Source: Utricularia gibba (lineage: Eukaryota > Plantae > Magnoliophyta). From it: a stretch of DNA of 64,000 nt. Positions 22,401 through 36,500 of the stretch are shown here, piece after piece; within the stretch, counting starts at the first letter, position 1; each line of letters opens with the position of its first letter. The stretch is from assembly GCA_002189035.1 (NCBI GenBank), contig NEEC01000012.1, positions 2,728,001 through 2,792,000 on the forward strand, read 5' to 3'. Made by a program: the position numbers and the translations under genes. Below the pieces are notes generated by a model. It saw only the letters and a list, made by a program, of their open reading frames with translations. It searched no databases and was not told the DNA's origin.

Positions 22401-25400
22401 AGGTGTTTGCGAAAGGGTTGCTGATATCAAAACTCGTGGTCATGGAATGAAATGCCTTACTACATTTTCTGAAGCCATTGGTCCGGGTTTTATTTTTGAA
22501 AGGGTAAGTTGTGTTCACATATCAAAATGCTAGATACCTATAACACGTTGGGCTCAGTTGGGAGGCCTCAATTGGCAGCCATCCCAAATAAATTTATTTA
22601 AATACATTGATCACATGTTGATTTCGAATCATGCTCTTGTAGATGTATAAAGTCTTGAAAGATCACAAAAACCCGAAGGTTCTAAGTGAAGGCCTATTGT
22701 GGATGGTTACTGCTGTAGAAGATTTTGGAATTTCATTCATTAAACTGAAGGTCCTTGATCCTTCTTGACCTTTTATTAGAAACTTTCAAAGTAAAATGAT
22801 ATTATGAGTTGTAATATTTACCTTATGTTTTCAGGATTTAATAGAATTCTGTAAGGATGTTGGTTTGCAATCTAGTGCTGCAGCTACAAGAAATGCTACC
22901 CTTAAACTTATTGGTTCCTTACATAAGTTTGTTGGTCCAGGTTGTATGTGTTACATTTTACAATTTTCTTATGCATTGTAGATAGACTGACCCCTTTTCA
23001 CCTTAGATATCAAGGGTTTCCTATCAGATGTGAAGCCTGCACTTCTAAGTTCCCTTGATGCTGAGTATGAGAGAAATCCGTTTGAGGTTAGTTTTACTTG
23101 ATTTGTACTCTTTCATTTAATCTGCTTCTCATTCTCAAAATTTCTGTGTAGGGGGCTGCTGCAGTCCCAAAAAAGACAGTGAGGGCAGCAGATTCCACTT
23201 TATCCCAGGGTGCTGGTGTTATGGATGGCCTTCCACGTGAGGATATAAGTGAAAAGATAACCCCCACTTTGTTGAAGGGCTTGGAGAGTACTGATTGGAA
23301 GGTGATATCATCGTTAAAGTCTGTTTATGCATTTCTATCCCCAGCTCACAGTATACTCCACTCAATTTTTAGTGCCGCTTGGAGTCTATTGAAAGTGTAA
23401 ATAAAATTCTTGAAGAGGCTAACAAGCGTATTCAGCCAAATGGAACAGGTAATCTCCTTGCTGTTCATAGAAAAAGAAATGGAACTTTTTGTTCAACTTC
23501 TGACTTCCTATATTCTCCAGGAGAGCTATTTGGAGCCTTGCGAAATCGTTTACATGATAGCAACAAAAACCTCATTATGGCTACCTTGTCCACAATTAGT
23601 GCTATTGCATGTGCTATGGGCCTGCCGGTTGAGAAGTCAAGCAGGGTTATAATCAATATAATTGTTTTTGATTTCCTACTTCATGAATGGTTTGATGATT
23701 TAAACAAGTGGTCACTTGCAGGGCATTCTTGCTGATATATTGAAGTGCTTGAGTGACAATAAAAAGCAGATGCGTGAATGTGCTTTAAGTGCCTTAGACT
23801 CTTGGCATTCTGCTGTTAATCTTGATAAAATGGTCAGTGTAAATTCCCTTAAAAGGTGTTGGTTAATCCTTCCACTATTTTTAGATATATTTCGGTATCA
23901 TGAATTCTATTGTTTTGGTTCAGGTTCCTTATATTACAGCAGCTTTAGCTGATATCAAAATTGGTGCCGAAGGGAGAAAAGATCTTTTTGATTGGCTGTC
24001 CAGGAAATTGGTTGGACTGAGTGAATTTCCAGATGCTGTTCACATACTAAAGCCAGTAGCGTCAGCTATGATGGTATCTTCTTTTCTCTTGAATATTTTC
24101 AACTAAATTGTGTTACTGCTGTGGGTCCTTGTTTTAATTTTTTCTTGGGGTTTTCCTTTGTTACACAGGACAAATCAGCAGATGTTCGTAAAGCAGCTGA
24201 GGCATGCTTTACTGAAATATTACGGGTCTGTGGACATGAATTGGTATGCTGAATCTAGTATTCTGAAGCTTTTGTTGAAGCACTTTGAATTTAAGTGTTA
24301 GTTTTTACAATATCATTGTTTTATCCTGTAATAGGTGAGCAGAAACTTAAAGGATGTACAAGGGTCTGCTTTAGCTATTGTCGTGGAACGTCTAAAGCCA
24401 TATGGAGCTTTTCAAGGTGTGTGCATTTTTCTCCATGCTGCACTCATTTTCAAGAGCCAGTTCCGTCATCATCTTTATACTTGCTATATAATTTCATATG
24501 CTGTGCCACCTGTCCTGCAGAAAGCTTTGAACCTGGTAGAGCAATTTCTGCAAACTTGACATCTAAAAGTAGCTCAAAGATTGGGAAACTGAATGGTTAT
24601 GGTGATCGTGGATCACGTCCGGGAAGCAAAGCTGCTGCACCTGTGTGCTATTTTTTATGTGCTATTATTATTTGTTTTTTTGTTACACTTTAGATGAGTA
24701 TTTTTATTTTTTGTTAATGGTTTTGCAGAGAAATGTATCTAGCAAGTTGCTACGACAAGATTCTGCCAGTGCTGTCCAGGAAATCAATATTCTTTCACAA
24801 GCTCTTATCAATACCAAGGATTCAAACAAGGTTTGTTCATGTAATGATAAAACTATGCACTTAAAGATTTTGTTAATGTATGCATTTTTGTCACTTGATA
24901 TGTGCAGGACGAGAGGGAGAGGATGATCATTCGCAGGGTTAAATTTGAAGAGATGCGTTTAGAACAGATTCAAGATTTAGAGGTTTCTGCTCCCAATTTT
25001 TGTTTTATTATTCACTTCTACAGTGTATTGATCGGAGAGTTTCTTTTAATCCTTTTTGCCCTGAGTAGCGTGCATCCTCTCATGCCATTGCATATGGGTC
25101 ATCATGTATTTTTTGGGCAGATTTTATGTGGAAGAAAAACTCATGATGAATTCATTTAACTGACATTTTCGGCTCAAATTGACTGTCACCACTTTTTAAC
25201 AGAATGATGTAATGAAGTGCTTTAGAGAGGACTTGCATCGCAGATTATTATGCAGTGACTTCAAAAAGCAAATGGATGGGATTGAGATGTTGCAGAAGGT
25301 TTTATTCTTGCACCCTGTCAATTTTCGCCCTCATTGAGACTGTTCTTTATTTTCTGTTTTGTTGCATTTTTAGGCCCTTCCATCATTGACAAAGGAGTTA

Positions 25401-28400
25401 ATTGAGGTTCTAGATATACTCTTAAGGTGGTTTGTATTGAGGTTTTGTGAATCCAATACATCATGCCTCTTGAAGGTATGGGATCTGCGATTTGGTTGTT
25501 TATGTAGAGTCAATGTAACGTGTTGGTAAAATCTGAGAAAAAATCCAGATTTTCTTCCATCATCATTCTCTGTTTCATGAAAAAAGTTGTGATTTAATGG
25601 GGATTTAATAGCTATGTCAGTGCCTTTCATATTTTCCTGGATTCTAAATTCTATTTTATCCATTCACGTCTCTGTAAATTGACAAGGTGTTGGAATTTCT
25701 TGCTGAGCTTCTCGAAATGTTGAGGAATGAGGGTTATACAATTACAGAGTCAGAGGTAGCAATTTTTCTCCCATGCTTGGTTGAAAAGGTAATTGTCCAT
25801 CAAATATGTGTGAAAGAAGTACTTCAGAATTCTTGCCTCTATTATGTCTGTTCAACAAAAATTTAACTTGAATTATCATTTTAGTTCTGTATATTTGTCT
25901 GTATGCATGCTATGCGAACCTTTCTTATACTAAAAAATCTGAACCAATTTTCATAATTTGTGCTACAGTGCGGACATAACATTGAAAAGGTTCGAGAGAA
26001 GATGAGGGAACTCCTGAAACAAGTCATTCATGTTTATTCTGCCTCAAAGTCATTCCCCTTTATTTTGGAGGGCCTTCGATCAAGAAACAACAGAACAAGG
26101 ATAGAATGTGCTGATCTTATTGGATTTTTGCTTGACAATTATGTTAATGAGGTGACTTTCATCTGCCACTATACATTGTTTCATTGGTTTTTGTCAAGCC
26201 ATCTTAATATCTGATTTTATGTACGTTATCCATTTTTTCTATTCTTAGATAACTGGGCAGTTGAGGTCGCTACAAATTGTTGCTAGCTTAACTGCTGAAA
26301 GAGATGGTGATACTAGAAAAGCTGCCTTGAACACGCTTGCTATTGGCTACAAAATTCTTGGTATGTTTTGTGTTTCTGAATTAGATGGCCTCTGTCTTTA
26401 TCTATCTATCCTTTTTTGGCACATGATTTTTCTCTGATTTTTTCATTTTCTGAAAATGTGATAGGTGATGATATCTGGAGATATCTTGGGAGACTTACTG
26501 AAGCACAGAGGAGCATGATAGATGATAGATTTAAATGGAAGGTTCAATAATACTCCTATCCTGAAACTTGTATCATTTGATGCCACAGCTGATGCCAATA
26601 TACCTGATTATACATACTAGGCTCGCGAAATGGAAAAGAGGAGAGAAGGCAGGCCGGGTGAAGCTAGAGCATCTCTTAAGCGTTCAGTGCGGGATACCTG
26701 GTATGTACCTTGCATTTCTAAGTTTTTCAATTCCTAGAAATTCCAACCATGTTGTGCAAGTAGACCATGAGTTTGCATTTGCTAAGGCATACTTATTTCC
26801 CAAGATTACTCATTGAACTGCGGCTTTTATTCTTGATTGAGAAACTCTTTGAACTTTAATTCCAGTGGTTAGGTTAAAGTACTCAATAGGCAGTTTCCCA
26901 TTTTTTTGACCAGCATAGTTAAATGATATGAAATACTGGTACCCATTTTTTACTAGGTACCTTGATTTATTTTGGTTGTTTGATTTAGTCGCTAAAACAT
27001 GATTTGCACGATGTTTCATCTCGAGAAGGATTGATTTGGCATTTTATAATTTTAGCTTATTACCTATTTTGTGCTGATGTTGAATTCACATTGGAGCAGG
27101 CCTCTGTTTTTCTTATAATTCATAGTCTTTCTTTCTTCTGGTTCCTTTACATTGAGGAAGGAATATGCAGTAATATCTTTTTATTTTTCTTAATGGCTGT
27201 AGTTCTGATCCTGCTGAACAAAGTGGGGATCTTAACTGGCCTGTTGCTGCTCCAGTTTTGAATAGGTACACGATTATTTCAATAATGTTTATGGGTTTCT
27301 TTCGCTCAAGAGATGTATTTTATCCATTCCATTAAATATAATTGCTTTTTGTCATTTTTTCTCTCCGAAGAGAGGACTGTGGTCTTTCTGAAGTTCACAC
27401 AGATCGACTGCAAGTTTCTCGAGTTTCGAGTTTGGGCCCAACAAACTGGAATGAAGCCTTGGACACCATATCATATGGTTTACCTGAACAGGTTTTTGTT
27501 ATTTTATGTAATATTTGTAAACTGGGTTGTGTGCAATGCATCTCTGAGTTGACAAGTTCTTCCAATGAAGCTTGAAACCCTGAAGAGTTCAATAATATTC
27601 AGTGAGTTTGGGTAAAAAAACCAAAGCAATGTCAATGCCTAGCATGGAGTCAGTGGGTTCTCATTTCAGAATGCTTAAAATTTATGCATTGTAATGTGCA
27701 AAATATAATTTCAATAGTGTGTGTTTAGTCATGTAGGAACACAAGCAGTGGGATTTCCTACCTGCCTCATCAATGTTGTCATTTTTTTTGCAGTCTGTTG
27801 AAGGAATGAAAGTTGTATGCCACGAGTTGGTCCAAGCGACTGCCGATCCTGATGGTAGCAGCATGACTGAAATTCTGAAAGATGCGGATAAACTTGTCTC
27901 TTGTTTGGCTATCAAGGTAGACTACTTTTCTTGAATTATGATGGCAAAATACAACTGAATCAACCATAAGTCATGTTGATGCAGGTGGCCAAAACTTTTG
28001 ATTTTAGCCTCAATGGTGCATCTTCTAGGTCTTGTAAATATGTCCTTAACACTCTAATGCAGGTAAGCATGCTCTTGCTTACTAGCCTACTGAATAATTT
28101 TGTCCTCCGTGGAAAAAAACTGATGCACTCAAGCATTTCCAAAGCAACTTTTAATCTGAATTAACGGATATGAAGGGTGCTTGAATTATGTTTCATCTGA
28201 TGCAGATTTTTCAAAACAAGAGATTTGCTAATGCTGTCAAGGAAAATACTCTTAACAGCCTCATCACGGAATTGTTGCTTTGGCTTCTTGATGAAAGGGT
28301 TCCGACAATGGATGATGGTAGCCAACTTTTGAGGGCATTGAATGTTCTGATGTTGAAGATTTTGGTAAACTGTCACAACAAGCAATGCTGTATTATATCG

Positions 28401-30349
28401 TTCTCCAGGGTTCTGATGCCTTTCTATCTACTCTTGTTTCAGGATAATGCTGACCGCACTTCTTCATTTGTTGTGCTTATTAATCTCTTGCGACCTATGG
28501 ACCCTTCGAGATGGCCAGCTCAAGTGGCAAGCGATTCCTGTGCTCTTAGAAATCAGAAATTCTCAGATTTGGTCGTGAAGTGTTTGATAAAGCTCACCAA
28601 GGTAGTACTTGATGAAGTTTCCTGTCATGTCATTTCTTGCATTAAGCTCTTTGCCTGTTGCATTCCTATCATGTGACGCTTTTTTTTTGGGCTTTCTTTA
28701 AAAATGATGATTTTCACTGTGCTATTATGATGTAGGTCCTGCAAAATACCATATACGATGTAGATCTTGACCGCATCCTTCAGAGTATCCATATATATCT
28801 TGAAGAATTGGGCATGGATGAAATAAGGAAGAGGTACCTACTTGATTGCTCTGCAACTGCGTTCAATTTGTTTGCTTGTTTGTCTACTTCCTCATTCCCC
28901 CTTTTTTCCCTCTCTCCTGAATTTATTTCAACAGAGCTGGTGCGGATGACAAACCACTTCGCATGGTTAAAACCGTCCTTCATGAGCTTGTTAAGCTACG
29001 TGGAACTGCGATCAAGGGTCATCTTTCCATGGTCCCTTTAGATGCACAGCCTCAACCTATTATTCTTGCCTACATTGATCTTAATCTACAGGTGAAGATG
29101 ATCATTTGGCTTAATGTTTTATCCATATTTTGGTTAAACCAAACTTCTGTTAGTTGGGAAAAAAAAATGTGCAGACTTTGGCAGCTGCAAGGATGTTGAC
29201 ACCAAGCGGCCCTGCAGGACAAACCCACTGGAATGAATCCTCTGTTAATAATCCACCACCCGCTTCGCATTCATCAGATGCGCAATTGAAGGTACCATGG
29301 TGTCCAACATTTGCGATACTTTCATCTGATGTTGACCTCATTTGTACAACTAATTCCCTACCGTCGGCATGACAGCAAGAATTGGCTGCAATATACAAGA
29401 AAATTGGTGACAAGCAAACTTGTTCAATCGGTCTTTATGAGTTATATCGCATAACTCAGTTGTATCCCCAGGTGAGTCTCCTTGTGAGCGTCCCATTTTG
29501 TTTTGATGTGCCCGTGGCATCTTTTCTAATCATACTGCTTTCTTTGCTCTTAGGTTGACATCTTTGCTCAACTGCAAAATGCAAGTGACGCATTCAGAAC
29601 ATACATCCGAGATGGCTTGGCCCAGGTTTCAAGTCACAAGAGAACCTATTTCTCATTGTGTGCTACAAATGTCCATTTCATTCTGATGCCTTCTGCTCTC
29701 TTTCAGATGGAGAAAAATGCTGCTGCGGGGAGGACACCATCTAGTGTGCCCCTCTCCACACCACCACCTTCCGCTCTAATCCTATCCCCAAAATGTGGTC
29801 CTCTCTCCCCAGTAAACTCGAACCCCCTTAGCGACAACAGAAGCATCCCAAGCACGAGAGTGGAACCAACAAGCTTCAGTTTACAACCACCGGATTCCGA
29901 AGACAATCACCATTTTGGTGCAAACTCTCCAACCACCCTATCCACAAACGGCCAACCCCGGTTACACCTGAATCAGGATGAGCTCAGAAATGATAGATTC
30001 CCATCTGATGGTGAGGCTCCTTGACACCCTCAAACACTAACACCCCATCTCCACTGACAAGCATGCATACATCTCTTTGGGTGCAGTGACTCGTGGAACG
30101 CTGGATGCCATCCGAGAAAGGATGAAGAGCATTCAAATATCATCCTCCGCCTCCCTGAACCCTGACCCCCGCAGCGTGGTGGTTTCTTCACAGATTCAAG
30201 GAACCGCCGCAGAGCATTCTTCGAGCATGGAGGTGCGAGGGATCGGTAACTCTTTTCAGGGCGGTATACTTCCCATGGACGAGAAGGCGCTATCGGGTCT
30301 CCAGGCTCGCATGGAGAGGCTCAAGAGCGGCTCATTTGATTCCCTTTAG
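16486..30349 (+). CDS. MOR1: MICROTUBULE ORGANIZATION 1 (XMAP215/TOG microtubule polymerase), many exons
   Basis: Starts MSEDEKLLKEAKKLPWEDRLAHKNWKVRN. TOG/HEAT segments such as KWSERKDAVAEL and VKNKVPLVRSLTLNW. Ends LSGLQARMERLKSGSFDSL*. Only some exons were traced. Confidence 0.97.
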
Positions 30350-30639
30350 CCAGCCAGCCAGCCAACCAGCCATCCACTGTGGCTGGATGCGCAACTTCTT
30401 TAACAGAGTGTCACATGTCAGCATTGGTTTTGGCTGCGTATGTTGTGGGATTTTAATGCTATTCCGTACCGTTTAGGTATGATACCACCCGCAAGAGAAA
30501 AACTATCGCGCCGACAAGATGTGTGATACCGATGGGGACACATCACGGGTCAAAATACGACTAGTACGGTTGGCATATATGTTTGTACCTACACGTACTA
30601 AGGCGCCCAGCAAGAAAACGGCGGCGACCGTTGGTGCGT

Positions 30640-31155
30640 TTATTCGTCGTCGGTGTCGTCATAGTTGCGGTAATGCGGCAGACCGAAATACGTGGGCGTG
30701 TTCATGCCCTCAGGATCGTGGAAAAGCTCGAAATCCGAAATCCCGCTAATTCCGCTTCGCTTCCCCAAATCGAAGTCGCCTAGAAACGACCAGTCCATCG
30801 TCTCTTTCGAGTTCTCCGCCTTCTCCTCCTCCTCCTCCGCTCGGTGTGTAGGGAAGCGATTCGCGTACTGCTGCGCCATCGATTGTATTTCGGCGGGAGA
30901 CATCCCTGGCGCGGCGGCGAAGGAGGGGGGATCATCCGGGAAATTGAATTTGGCGTGGGGTCCACGGAGGCAGAGGAGCGCCGCGTCGAAGGCTCTCGCT
31001 GCTTTCTCCGCCGTGTCGTAGGAGCCTAGCCAGATGCGCTCGCGGCTGTTGCTGAGACGTATCTCGGTCACGTACTTGCCCCATTTTCTCTTCCGCACGC
31101 CTTTGTACTTCACCTGTTCCTCCGCCGCCGGAGAACTCTCCTCCCCTGAAGACAT
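30640..31155 (-). CDS. AP2/ERF transcription factor (ERF017/018-like, DREB-side group II), intronless
   Basis: AP2 domain [53 protein letters not shown]; 171 aa with an acidic C-terminus. Confidence 0.95.
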   Translation of the reverse strand: MSSGEESSPAAEEQVKYKGVRKRKWGKYVTEIRLSNSRERIWLGSYDTAEKAARAFDAALLCLRGPHAKFNFPDDPPSFAAAPGMSPAEIQSMAQQYANRFPTHRAEEEEEKAENSKETMDWSFLGDFDLGKRSGISGISDFELFHDPEGMNTPTYFGLPHYRNYDDTDDE

Positions 31156-31198
31156 TCTCTATGGTTCGAGTGCTTCTTCCTCCCTCCATCCATCTATC

Positions 31199-31490
31199 GT
31201 ACGTGAGTGAATAAATAGGGTTACTTGCCGACATCGGAAAAGTCTTCTCAGGGTCTGAGCGCGTTGAATTGGGGCTACGAAAGTCCACGTCCAATCAGGA
31301 CGGTGAATATAAATATCAACATTTTTGTGCCTGAAATTACTCCCAAATGACTCTCTACTGCATTTCACTTTCCAGTTCCAACCCCTTTGGACCATTTCAA
31401 ACTCAAACCCTAAATTTATTCCTACACATGCATTAATGCCGCATTTCACTTTTTATCGTGTGATATGCTTTTTCAACATGTCACGTCAAC
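31199..31490 (-). promoter_or_regulatory. Stress cis-element cluster upstream of the ERF gene
   Basis: GCCGAC (DRE/CRT core) at 31227-31232, CGCGTT (RSRE/CAMTA-type) at 31260-31265, ACGT cores at ~31200, ~31288 and ~31483. Confidence 0.45.
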
Positions 31491-32489
31491 GCACTGTTTG
31501 CCCCTATGGTTTAAATTATAATTTTTTTATAAAAAAATTAAATAACATTTAATTATGAATGAATCGTAATTTATTTTTTTATATTTTTAAACGATTTCAA
31601 TTTAATCAAATTGTTGTTATGAACATTTCAAATCTAAAGTGATTCAACCGTAATTTTAAAATACTAGTTTTTACAATTATTGTTGGTTCCAGTTTTTTAT
31701 ATTTTAAAATATTATTTTAATTAGATATTATTTAAAGATTATATATTTAAATATTTTAAGAAATATAATTTGTAAATTTAGAATTAAAATATATTTAGAG
31801 TGCCCAATATGTGATGGCTAGATTTACCCCTTTCATAATAAAGAGCGAGTTATGCTGGCAAGTATATTTTCATGATTTTATATTTTTAATTTCTGATAAA
31901 AATATTTTATATAAGATTAGAAGAATTTTTCTATTTAATCATATCTAATTTCTTGTTCATAATCAATATTGGATTATCATTACAATATCCTTGACCTTAT
32001 AACACGAGGTTGTATCAAAATATATTTCTTATATTACTTGAAATATGGTTTTAAATTATTTAGAAATAAAACATTCTTTTGTCTTACTTTCATAAATAGG
32101 CATAGAAAAGGTTAAAATAAACCACCTACCAAACCCTGGTTTAAAATCATCAAATTGAATAATGTCACGTGTTGTAGTCGAAAACAGGATGGGGACGCAA
32201 GTGGTTCCATTTTACTACAATTTTATTACTGGTTCTATTTAAATTATGCAATAAAATTAATGATATTGGCAGTTAACTTTGACTTGTTGGTGACGTGGAT
32301 TGACCGAGTCAAGCCCTGGTCTAGCGGATGGGGCCCAAGGAGTTCACACCACGAACCACTGGAACTGCCATGATAAATGCATGCTCTACTCCTCATTCTT
32401 CAATCATTCATGCACGTAATATAATATTTATAAATATTTAATCTAAAAAAAATCACGCCTTATCTTTCAAACGATCATCCTTTTTCTAC

Positions 32490-32492
<3 letters not shown>

Positions 32493-32526
<34 letters not shown>
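32493..32526. repeat. (AT)n microsatellite
   Basis: About 17 AT units in an AT-rich intergenic region. Confidence 0.95.
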
Positions 32527-32529
<3 letters not shown>

Positions 32530-33581
32530 TTGCGTTAAGTCTTTCAATTAAGTAATTCCATAACAATGGTTGAATACCACTTATTGTCGATATTGTTCGT
32601 TTTAAATATATTTTTCTTATAAAAAAACGTCGTATAAAATTAAAAAAAATCATTTTATTTAAACATATTCATTCTCCCCACCCATAACCAATATGTAATA
32701 TTATCGCAAGATCCCTGACCTCACATTTTACCTAGTTCCATTATTTGTATGTGCTCGGGTTTCTTTATTCTTTATGATACTAAATATACGGATCCAACAT
32801 TACCTAATTGAATTTAAGTAGGTTGTCGTGTACTTGGGCCAAGCCATGGGCCTAAAATGTGCAATAATTTAAAATTTATTTGATAGAATAATACAATACA
32901 TTAAATATATAAAATTACTTTTTATATGAAATATATATTTTTAAGATTAATTAATGTAAATAGCAATGATATTTATATATTTAATTTGAATAAAAGATAA
33001 TGGGTTACGTAAAAGGGAAGGGTCACCGCCAACGTAAAACCTGGGTATCAGAGATTTGAGTGCGGTTGTCGTGAGGTGATTCAATGAAGTGTGGTGGAAT
33101 GATACGGCCGGAATCTCGCTTGGCGATGGGGTGGAGGTGTAAGTAGGAGGGGCTACAGAAGTGGGCGAAGCTGACGGGGAAGTGACGGATACCTAGAAAT
33201 GGTGTGTTTGTGTGGAGTCACTGGTGAAAGAAGCTGCACAGGGCAACTGTAGAAAGTGGTCCGGGCCTGCGAACTTCTGTAGCTACCGACTGCTCCATGA
33301 GGCTCAATTTGTCAAATAAGCAACGTGAACATCAATTGCGCAGAGAAGCACAAATACCCATCTCGCTTTCTTCTCTCACCCTGTCTGGCGAAAGCGAATA
33401 GAACCTATTTGGGTTCCTTTTCTTCTCATCACTTTTTCTCCAACCCCATTTCTATGGCTCAACTTTTGTGATTTGTACACACCCCCTTTTACTTTTCCTT
33501 GCCTGTGTAGTTTGTATTTCTCCTCCCGCTTTTTCTCTGGCCCGTATCCGTTGAGAGATCCCCGGCTGGTGACTGGGCTTA

Positions 33582-36500
33582 ATGGCGAAGCGTGGATATA
33601 AACTGCGTATCCTCTTTTTGTTATGATACTCTTTTGTGATTCCTTCAGGGCTTTGATTTATATGGAAATGATTTAAGATGATCTGTTTTTTGAGTTTTTT
33701 AGAAATTCAAATAGTTAGATGTGATTGGAGCTGACAGAGTATTACACTGATAATGAATCACGTTGAGTCTGCGGCAGCGTTTGCTTTGATTCCTGTGAGA
33801 CTTTCTGCTTCTTTTGAGCGGGATTTGTAGATCAAGTGGGGTGATTTGATATTTTCTCAGTTGGGTTCTGCTGAAATAGAGCATCATGTTGACATTGTTG
33901 GCACTGGCACCCCCTCTTCCCGTTTCCTTGTTCTTCTAGTTTTTAGTAGCTGATTCAATCAGTACTTCATTAATTGAAAATTGTTTGTGCTTGACTAAAT
34001 ACCCAGAGGAGTTTGTGGCTCATGCTGGAAATGTGAATTGTTTGAGCTTTGGAAAAAAGAACTGCCTGGTTTTTATCACAGGCGGGGATGATCAGAAAGT
34101 GAATCTTTGGTCCTTTGGGAGACCCACGCCTGTGGTGGTTAGTTACCGAGCAACGTGGTATAACTTTTTTTCTCCCCATAACTTTTTTTCTCTTCTTTCC
34201 AGAGTTTATGCGGACATACAAGTCCAGTTGAGTCGGCATCTTTTGATTCATCTGAGGTTTCAGTGGTAGCTGGATCTTCTTCTGGAGCAATCAAGTTATG
34301 GGACTTGGGAGAAACAAAAAGTGAGTTCAGAGATTTTCTTGTAGTTTATTTTGAGAAGTTGCCGCAATTCGAACATGGCCTATAGGCTCAACATAATCTT
34401 ACTTCCCCCTGTGGTTACCGTTGGTTTTCTCCTTGAAATGTAGTGGTTCGCACTCATACTGGTCACAGGTCCTATTGTACTGCTGTTGAATTTCATCCTT
34501 TCGGTGAGTTTTTTGCATCTGGTTCCATGGACGCGAATCTGAAGATATGGGACATCAGAAAGAAAGGCTGCATCCACACATACAAGGGCCACACTCGAGG
34601 AATAAGCACAATAAGATTCACACCCGATGGCCGCTGGGTTGTATCTGGTGGATATGATAATGTGGTGAAGGTGAGCAGATGTTCAAAGATATGCTATAGT
34701 TTCGTTTACAAGCTGTATTTTCCTTGAAATTTGATTGTACAGGTGTGGGATCTGACGGCTGGAAAGCTGTTGCATGATTTCACCTTTCATGAAGGCCATG
34801 TCCGCTCCATAGAATTTCATCCTCTGGAGTTTCTTTTGGCCACTGGTGAATATCTTATAGCTTTATTGCATCATATAATTGTTTCATGGATGCGGCTTAT
34901 TACATTTGTAATGTGATCTGAAACTTAAAGGGTCTGCGGACAAAACTGTGAAATTTTGGGATCTGGAGACATTTGAGATGATTGGATCCACAACACGTGA
35001 GGTAGTTTACGTTATTTGTTTTTGCAAAATATTTTAGCATATGTTATATCTTGATTGCGTTGAGCATATCAATTTCTATAATGGGGCTATGCCTTCTACT
35101 TTCTCTTGGTTTCCCAAGGCACGAGGGATTGGTTCAGTCACCAATCTGTTTGAGATTCACGTGGTTATTGTATTCAGGCCACAGGACTCAGGTCGATGGC
35201 ATTCCATCCTGATGGTAGAACCCTTTTTTGTGGGCTGGATGATAGTCTAAAGGTAACCTTTTGAAGCAGTGGTTTTTTTAAAAATTAATATGACAAGTTG
35301 AGTGCAAAATTGTATATCATTTACTGTATTCCTTCTGGGATTTTATATTTCCTATTATTGCATCTCAGACAAGCTTGAGTAAGAGTGGTCAAGGTGGTGG
35401 ACATTTTTTTTCTATGAATTTGGATAATCAAATGATTTACTTACCGATAAATCTCCTCATCCTCTATCTGTTTATAATTTTAGGTTTACTCGTGGGAACC
35501 AATTGTATGTCATGACTCAGTCAGTATGGGGTGGTCAACGCTTGGTGGTCTTTGTGTTCATGATGGGAAGCTTCTTGGTGGTGCACATCATGAAAACATG
35601 GTTGCAATTTGGGTAGCTGACATATTGGTAGGCACTTCTATTTTTCTGTTCTAGCCTCTTTCGTGGTGGTTCCTCACTAGATTTGCATCAGTTATAACTT
35701 GTTTTTTTATTGTTAGAATTTAGAGCCATATGGAACCATATCTTTTTCACAGAAAAATGTCCACGAGAGTGAAGGAAGCTTCTTAGATAAAGAAGACCCT
35801 GCAATTTTGAAATCCAATAATCAGTTGAACGCTCCAGAAAGTGATTCTAAAGGAATAAAAACTATATACGTTGACTGTGAGTTTTACATAATTTCCTCCA
35901 TTTGCTTTCAGGCTTCTTCCCTTGATAAAAAAAAAAAGTTTAAACCAATGCGGCTGCAGGCGTAAATTCTATGACTCCAAAGATGGTCCATCAGGTTGAA
36001 GCTTCCGAAGAGCATCCCTCTGTTATCAAGGAAACCAGCAGCCTTGGAAGTCAGAAGCATGGTTCTATGGCGAGGTTGTTGGAAAAATCCAACTCCGCTG
36101 CTGATAAAAGACCTCCAGTTATTTCCAGTGGTTCAAGTAATGATTCTATGCATGATAATAGCCCAGTTGTTCCTAAAACGAAATCCAGTTCCTCATCTAC
36201 TGCTGGCACTACAATGGTTCCCAAGCAAATGCACTCAAGGCGGCTGTCAGCAAGTCGATTTGATATGCACAGGATGTCATCATCTCTTGATTCTTTGCAG
36301 CTTGACAACAAAAAAGTTTCAATAGGATTGAAAAGGGTTTCTAGCAACAATAAAATTTTGGTCGGTAATGATGACAAGGAAACCACTAAGGGTAAAAATT
36401 GGAACAACAGACCACACCTTGCAGATTCTGATGTAAACTCATCCTCTTCCACAGAAACAAGTAAAGGTACTCAATTCTCCCTTCAGCATTTTAGTCCCTT

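Noticed and set aside
33042-33053. TGGGTATCAGAG, PBS-like
   Set aside because: Imperfect match with no LTR end, gag motif or TSD nearby.
33239-33260. CAGGGCAAC, resembling a miR399 precursor arm
   Set aside because: The match stops after ~9 nt; no complementary arm or mature sequence was found.
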